Origin: Macrostomum hystrix
Taxonomy: Eukaryota; Animalia; Platyhelminthes
Direction of reading: 5' to 3'
Assembly: GCA_950097015.1 (NCBI GenBank)
Contig: CATNEN010000038.1
Coordinates: 29,698,001 to 29,762,000, forward strand
DNA length: 64,000 nt
Part shown: positions 57,813 through 64,000 of the stretch, piece after piece
Position numbering within the stretch: position 1 is the first letter of the stretch
Layout of the letters: each line of letters opens with the position of its first letter
Translations under genes and position numbers: made by a program
Notes under the pieces: generated by a model
Databases searched by the model: none
Seen by the model: the letters and a program-made list of their open reading frames with translations, nothing else
What the model was told of the DNA's origin: nothing

Positions 57813-60800
57813 CTACTTGGCCGGCAAGTTGTACTTGACGTAGGGAACGTCAACGTCTTCGCCGGAGCTGTCATTGCAGGACAGTTCAATCACCAGGCTC
57901 TTCACGTAGCCAGGAATAGGCTTCTTGGTTACTTCTTCGACAACCTTCGATATCCTGTAGGAGTGGGGTGGCAGTGGCAGAGCGGTTGAGTCGTTTGTCT
58001 CACGCACCAAGGTCCATGAGCTTAATTCCGCGGCGAGGCCACATTCATTTGGGGCGCAGCCGCGGAGAGAAGGCTTGGGGGCTTGTCGTGCAATTTACGC
58101 CATTGAGGGCCAACCTCCAAGGCACAGTGAGAGTGTACACTGCCTGACAATGAGAAAGTCAGGACAGATGTACACACCTGTGTGAGCGTGTGCCTGCGTA
58201 CGGTATCTGTGTGCTCAGGGGTCAGCGAAATGGGCAGAATTGCCTCCTCGCTGGCTGCGGGTCTAGTGTCACCAAATGATGTGCCATTGCCAGCAACCCT
58301 CCCGTAATTATTAATTTTAATAATTTTACTCTTATTACTATTCTATATCCTGAGGGCAGATTGGTTGCTGTGGGGTTTGAGACAGATGAGGATCTGGGAC
58401 ATTTGAGAAGGACTAGAACAGACGCAACTTACTCGCAGGACAATCTGGCCTTCTTCTTAGCCGGCGGCATAAAGAATGAGAACAGCATAGAGATGCCCTG
58501 CGTTATCATCGTCACTTCGAGCTGATGCTTCTCCTAATATAGAAACAAAAGAGAACGTAATTTGTTAAAATGGATTCAGAAAGAAACGGACAAGCGTCAA
58601 CTTACCTGGAAGTAATCAATAAGCTGTTGCACAGTCATCTCGCCGTCAACCTCAAACCGATCCCACAGAGTGAACTCTTGGTCGTGATATTTGTGCTTAG
58701 CAGGCGGCAACGGCTCGGAGAAGGCAAAGAACGGGTGGGCCAGATTTAGGAAGCCGTTTTTATAATCCTCCAATTTATTGCGACCCTGCAACAGTTTGTA
58801 GAGTTCCAGACAGACTAATCCAACAGCCACGGATGTGGTGGTAGCAATAGCTGGCACAATTCGGCCAGCAATCATCTTGGTCTTGTGCCGGTCGGCCTGT
58901 TCAATATCGTAGTTGGCCGCTCTCAGATTGCTGCAGGCAGTGATGAAATCCATGTGATAATTGGTGTCGTCGTCTTTCTCAAATTCTACAACTCGAATCG
59001 AGCCGGCAAGCCCGGAGCTGATTAGCTGGGACTTCAATTCAATCAGGTCCTTGACAAGATTGTCCATAGAATCCGGCTCGTTAGATGAGGACACTGATAG
59101 TTGGCTCTGCAGCTCCGTATCTGTGGTTGCTATGCGAACACCAGAACGGGGCACGAACTCGGGCACGCTGACAGAGGCGGCCGATTGGCCAATGGCCTTG
59201 CGATCGCCGTAGGCGCCTTGGACACCGAACAGGAAGGCGCGCAGGTTGGCTGCGGCTGTCACGAAATCACAATGGGTGGCGTCGGCCGGATTAAATGTCA
59301 GAGGATTCGGGCACTTCTTGACGCCGCTCCAGAATGGGGCGCCGGATGACGTCACCTTTTAGGGGATTAATTAAGCGGCTGGATAAACTTCGAGAATGCA
59401 TTAATAGCGAATGCGTTCATTGGGATCCTGTAGTCAAATAGTGGGATAAATGGGTGCTGAATATTGTCATCGATTACTTGAATTGGAATATACTGCTGGG
59501 GATAAACTGTAAAAATAGTGGGATAAATTATGTGGGGATATTCAATGTATGTGGGGATAAATTTTTGTTAATATTCTAGTCACCTGACAGGATACATTTT
59601 TGGGAATATTCTAGTCACCGGGTGGGATACATTTTTGGGAATATTCTAGTCACCTGGTGGGACACATTTTTGGGAATATTCTATCCACCTGGTGGGATAC
59701 ATTTTTGGGAATATTCTATCCACCTGGTGGGACACATTTTTGGGAATATTCTACTCACCTGGTGGGATATATATTTGAGAATCTTCAATAATACTTTATT
59801 CACATAAGTCGGGCATTATATTATTCAATAAAGTTTACCCACCTGATTCGGCGGAAAGTTAAACAGCAACTGTCGAATCTGATTATTAAAAATCTCTTCG
59901 AATTGCATCCTAGCCCAGGCGATGCAGTCGGCAAAATCTTTCGGCCTCTTGTCCAACAGGTTGGTCTTCATCGATTCCAGCGTCTCAATGCCCTGATTGC
60001 CGGGCAGAGACAAGGTGCGCTCCATAAAGGTTGGATCGTGCAGGAATTGATGCAGAGTCTGAGACTGCTGACAGAAGACGCCCTCCAAATAGTCCCTAAT
60101 AAGGAATGATTCGAATCAGTCAATTGACGCTATCAAGGACTCCTAGATCTTCAATAAGGTAATTTTAGATAACTCACCTAGCCCACTGGATAGTGTGCTC
60201 AATTTGGTATGGGAAATTCTTCAGAGTACAAATTGGAGTTGTCTTCTCCGGCGGATCCTGCGAGCTACTATAGGACTCGGTCAGGTAGGGCAATACAACC
60301 TGAGTGTTGGCTTTGGTTCCAGTTGTGCCAGATTCCAATAGCGGCTTCCTATAATAGACGCAGCGCCTGTCAACGTAGGTGCGAGCTTCGACATTGTCCA
60401 GAGCGTTAACAACGACTGTTAGATTCTCAAAGAAGTCGTCAGTGTAGACAGCTTCAGTCTCCGATCCTACGCGATTCTCTTGCGCTTCAACTGACAGATT
60501 GGGATTCATGCGAACCGCTGCCGCGGCGGCGGTTGTAGATTTGGCTTGGCCAATATCCCAGGGTCGGAATAGGAACTGCCTGTTCAAATTGCTCTTCTCA
60601 ATACGATCCATGTCGGTAACAATGACCCGACCGCCTCGACTACCAGTGCCGATGCCCATCAGGGCGAAATTCTTGAGCAGCTCGCAGCCAAGTGCTCCAG
60701 CGCCAACTAGGAAGACGCGAGCTGACCCGAGACGGGCCTGAGGTGTCAGGTGATGGAGACATTGTGTGTCAGGTGATGGAAAAATTGTGTGTCAGATGAT

Positions 60801-63800
60801 GTGGACTTTGTGTCAGGTGATGGAGACATTGTGCGTCAGGTGATGGGGACATTGTGTGTCAGGTGATGAGGACACTGCGTGTCAGGTGATGAAGACTCTG
60901 CGTGTCAGGTGATGGGGAAATTGCGTGTCAGGAAAGGGAGGCATTTTGTCTCAGGTGAAGGAATGTCAGGTGCAAGAGTTTGCCCATGCCCAGTGAGGGA
61001 ATGTCAGGTGAAGGAGTGTGTCCAGTGAGGGAATGTCAGGTGAAGGAGTGTGTCCAGTGAGGGAATGTCAGGTGCAAAAGTGTGTCCAGTGAGGGAATGT
61101 CAGGTGAAGGAGTGTGTCCAGTGAGGGAATGTCAGGTGAAGGAGTGTGTCCAGTGAGGGAATGTCAGGTGAAGGAGTGTGTCCAGTGAGGGAATGTCAGG
61201 TGAAGGAGTGTGTCCAGTGAGGGAATGTCAGGTGAAGGAGTGTGTCCAGTGAGGGAATGTCAGGTGCAAAAGTGTGTCCAGTGAGGGAATGTCAGGTGAA
61301 AGAGTGTGTCCAGTGAGGGAATGTCAGGTGTAAGAGTGTGTTCAGTTAGAAAGACACTAAGTGAAAAATCATGAACTCGAACCTGAAAATCCTCGCCAAA
61401 GACGACACTCTGACCGGCGTATCGTCGCCCGTCAGCCGGGGCGTCGGTGACCGCAGTGGCGGCTCCCTCCGCGGGCAGGCACTCCAGGGCGTCAAAGTAG
61501 AGAAATTGTCTGATTGGATTGAACCGACCAGAGCAGGCCTTCATAACCTCCTGGCTGGCGGTGCCGCCGATGACAGCGTGCACGGGAGCCAGCTGGCCCG
61601 AGCTGATTCTGGCGAATGTGGCAGCTAGACTGGGCTCCGGGAGCGGCTCGAGGCCCTGACGCTTGGCGATGGCCTCGGCTGTGGCGGCTAATTCAGCGGC
61701 TTCGGCGGCGTTGCCGGGCTCCGGCCGGCGACCAGAGTGGGCCGCTTCGAATTCGTAAAGGGCCTGCGATGTGGCGATTTCGAAATTGATAGATTCAATG
61801 ATGGATCAGATGTAAAGCTTGATAGATCACATGTGAACTCTGATAGATCAAATGTAAAGCTTGATAGATCACATGTGAGCTCTGATAGATCAAATGTAAA
61901 GCTTGATAGATCACATGTGAGCTCTGATAGATCAAATGTAAAGCTTGATAAATCACATGTGAACTCTGATAGATCAGATGTGAAGCTTGATAGATCAGAT
62001 GTGAAGCTTGATATATCAGATGTGAAGCTTGATATATCAGATGTGAAGTTCGGTAGATCAGAGAATACTTCGAGATGCCATGAACCTGAATTATCTATTT
62101 AAAAATTCTGAGACAGAACTCACTTGGAACAGGGCGTGAATCTGCGCCGGCCGATCAAACTTGGCAAAGTCCGTGATGACAAATTCTGGATTAGCCAAAG
62201 CTTCTGGCAAAGATTTGAAACTAACTAGCTCAGGCATTTTAACTTCCTTGCAGTAGCCGCCCTTCTCGTAGGCTGGAAAGCTGCTAGTATCGCCGATTTT
62301 GAAACGACTTGGGCTCACCACCTAGGTATAATTAAATATAATTTTATCATTTACATGCATTTCTACTGCCAGTAGCATAACGAAGATACATCGTTATCTT
62401 CTGTGGAGAATTATGTCAGAGCTGCGCAAGATCATTCTAGAAGGGTTTCAATTCTATTTATGGATCTTAAGTCATTTAAGCTTTTCGTTGTGAAACGAAA
62501 TTACGCGTAGCGTAAAAGAGAAATATAATTATTTAGCTGTGACAAAACAAGACAGATCTTCTAAGTGCAGCAAGAACTGTAGTATGTAACAGAAATTAGA
62601 CGTAAAGGTTAGGTCAATAAAAAAATTTGTGCTGTACAACGCTGTACTTGTGCATTAGAATAGTATAGATTACTATTCACAATAGTCTTTCAGTTATTAT
62701 CCACATTGGTCTATCAGTTGTTATCCACATTGGTCTATCAGTTGTTATCCACAATGGTCTACAGTTGTTATCCACAATGGTCTATCAGTTGCTTTTCACA
62801 ATGGTCTATCAGTTGTTATCCACAATGATCTATTAGCTGTTATTCACAATGGTCTATCAGTTGCTTTTCACAATGGTCTATCAGTTGTTATCCACAATGG
62901 TCTATTAGCTGTTATCCACAATGGTCTATCAGTTGTTATCCACAATGGTCTATCAGTTGTTATCCACAATGGTCTATTAGCTGTTATCCACAATGGTCTA
63001 TCAGTTGCTACCCAATTCAACCTGTCAGTTGCTAAACAATTCAACCTGTCAGTTGCTAACCAATTCAACCACGGTCAGTTGCTAACCAATTCAACCTGTC
63101 AGTTGCTAACCAATTCAACCTGTCAGTTGCTAACCAATTCAACCTGTCAGTTGCTAACCAATTCAACCTGTCAGTTGCTAACCAATTCAACCTGTCAGTT
63201 GCTAACCAACTCAACCTGTCAGTTGCTAACCAATTCAACCTGTCAGTTGCTAAACAATTCAACCTGTCAGTTGCTAAACAATTCAACCTGTCAGTTGCTA
63301 ACCAACTCAACCTGTCAGTTGCTAACCAAATCAACCTGTCAGTTTATATCCAGAAAGCAAACTTATTATCTCACCTGTACTTTGCGCGGCTGGCAATTAT
63401 TGAGCGGCGTCATGCCCTGCACACCGGTAAAGGTGACATAGTCGCCATCCTCGAGATCGTGCCGAGAATCCTGGGCACAGGTGACGGTACCGTCGGCAGA
63501 CTGTTCAACCCAGTCAATTATGAAATTCTTGCACGGCTCTCCATTCTTATCCGTGACAGAGAATTGGTCGCCAAAATCGCAGAAGATGCCACCAAACAAG
63601 CCGGCAGCCGAGGCGGCGATAAATCTGGCACCTTGCTGCCTGCACAACTGATTAATGCGCAACTGTTCAGCCATTGGCCAATCGGTTAGCACCACCACCT
63701 GGTACTGCTTGATGACGTCATCAGTTAAATCGCCATCGAAGTTAGACACTCGAACGTAATTATTTAATTCGGCTAGCTTTGGCAGGCAGATTTGAGACCT

Positions 63801-64000
63801 AGACCTACTGCCGCCAATATCCGCCTCCTCAATGTAGAATTGGCTAGTGAGATCGGTCCAATCTGGCGGTGAATTATCGTGCAAGCAGACGGATTTAACA
63901 CCGCCCAAGATCACATTCTTAGCTATCTCAATACCAAGACCGCGTAATCCGCAGATCAATACATTGGACGTAGCCATGCTGCGCATAGCTTCATGTCCTA
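57813..64000 (-). CDS. UBA1: ubiquitin-activating enzyme E1, 5'-partial
   Basis: Exons >64000-63375, 62321-62124, 61763-61383, 60737-60178, 60095-59843, 59355-58606, 58533-58433 and 57954-57813 join in frame. Motifs [46 protein letters not shown], catalytic [28 protein letters not shown]. Confidence 0.97.
57965..58315 (+). mobile_element. tRNA-derived SINE family A, near full length, antisense in the last UBA1 intron
   Basis: Same head, body and AT-rich tail as the 6253 copy. Confidence 0.82.
59560..59775. repeat. 35-bp minisatellite in a UBA1 intron
   Basis: GGGATACATTTTTGGGAATATTCTAGTCACCTGGT units. Confidence 0.85.
60743..61345. repeat. adjacent 23-bp and 32-bp minisatellites sharing a TGTCAGGTG core, filling a UBA1 intron
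   Basis: GTGTCAGGTGATGGAGACATTGT units, then CCAGTGAGGGAATGTCAGGTGAAGGAGTGTGT units. Confidence 0.9.
61800..62060. repeat. 42-bp (2x21) minisatellite in a UBA1 intron
   Basis: GATAGATCACATGTGAGCTCT-GATAGATCAAATGTAAAGCTT units. Confidence 0.86.
62690..63345. repeat. two adjacent 24-bp minisatellites sharing TCAGTTG in a UBA1 intron
   Basis: CACAATGGTCTATCAGTTGTTATC units, then CAATTCAACCTGTCAGTTGCTAAC units. Confidence 0.9.

Overview
Eukaryotic (invertebrate) genomic DNA, intron-rich and packed with minisatellites. The style suggests a flatworm such as Macrostomum, but that is inference only. Minus strand, left: a DEG/ENaC/ASIC channel gene (10 exons traced, runs off the left end) whose introns hold two long-TIR Tc1/mariner elements and tRNA-derived SINEs. 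12.4-18.2 kb: a Helitron containing a young, internally deleted Gypsy LTR element. 20.8-55.1 kb: an unbroken plus-strand run of a Pro/Tyr-rich unknown gene, DGKE, TMEM17, a non-coding snoRNA host gene, SETD4-like, an EHD/dynamin-type GTPase and SLC35F5-like. UBA1 converges from the right on the minus strand. Two observations stand out. (1) 37.4-44.0 kb, nearly empty in the ORF track, is a micro-exon host gene carrying 15 intronic box C/D snoRNAs of only two families (7 SNORD57/snR51-like; 8 with a guide resembling the 28S snR69 site), built by exon-intron unit duplication. (2) Several plus-strand genes open in phase 0 at a bare splice acceptor, and two have conserved domains upstream of their first ATG. 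This fits spliced-leader trans-splicing that donates the AUG, and a possible snoRNA-host/SETD4/GTPase operon. All coordinates were read by eye; no searches were run.
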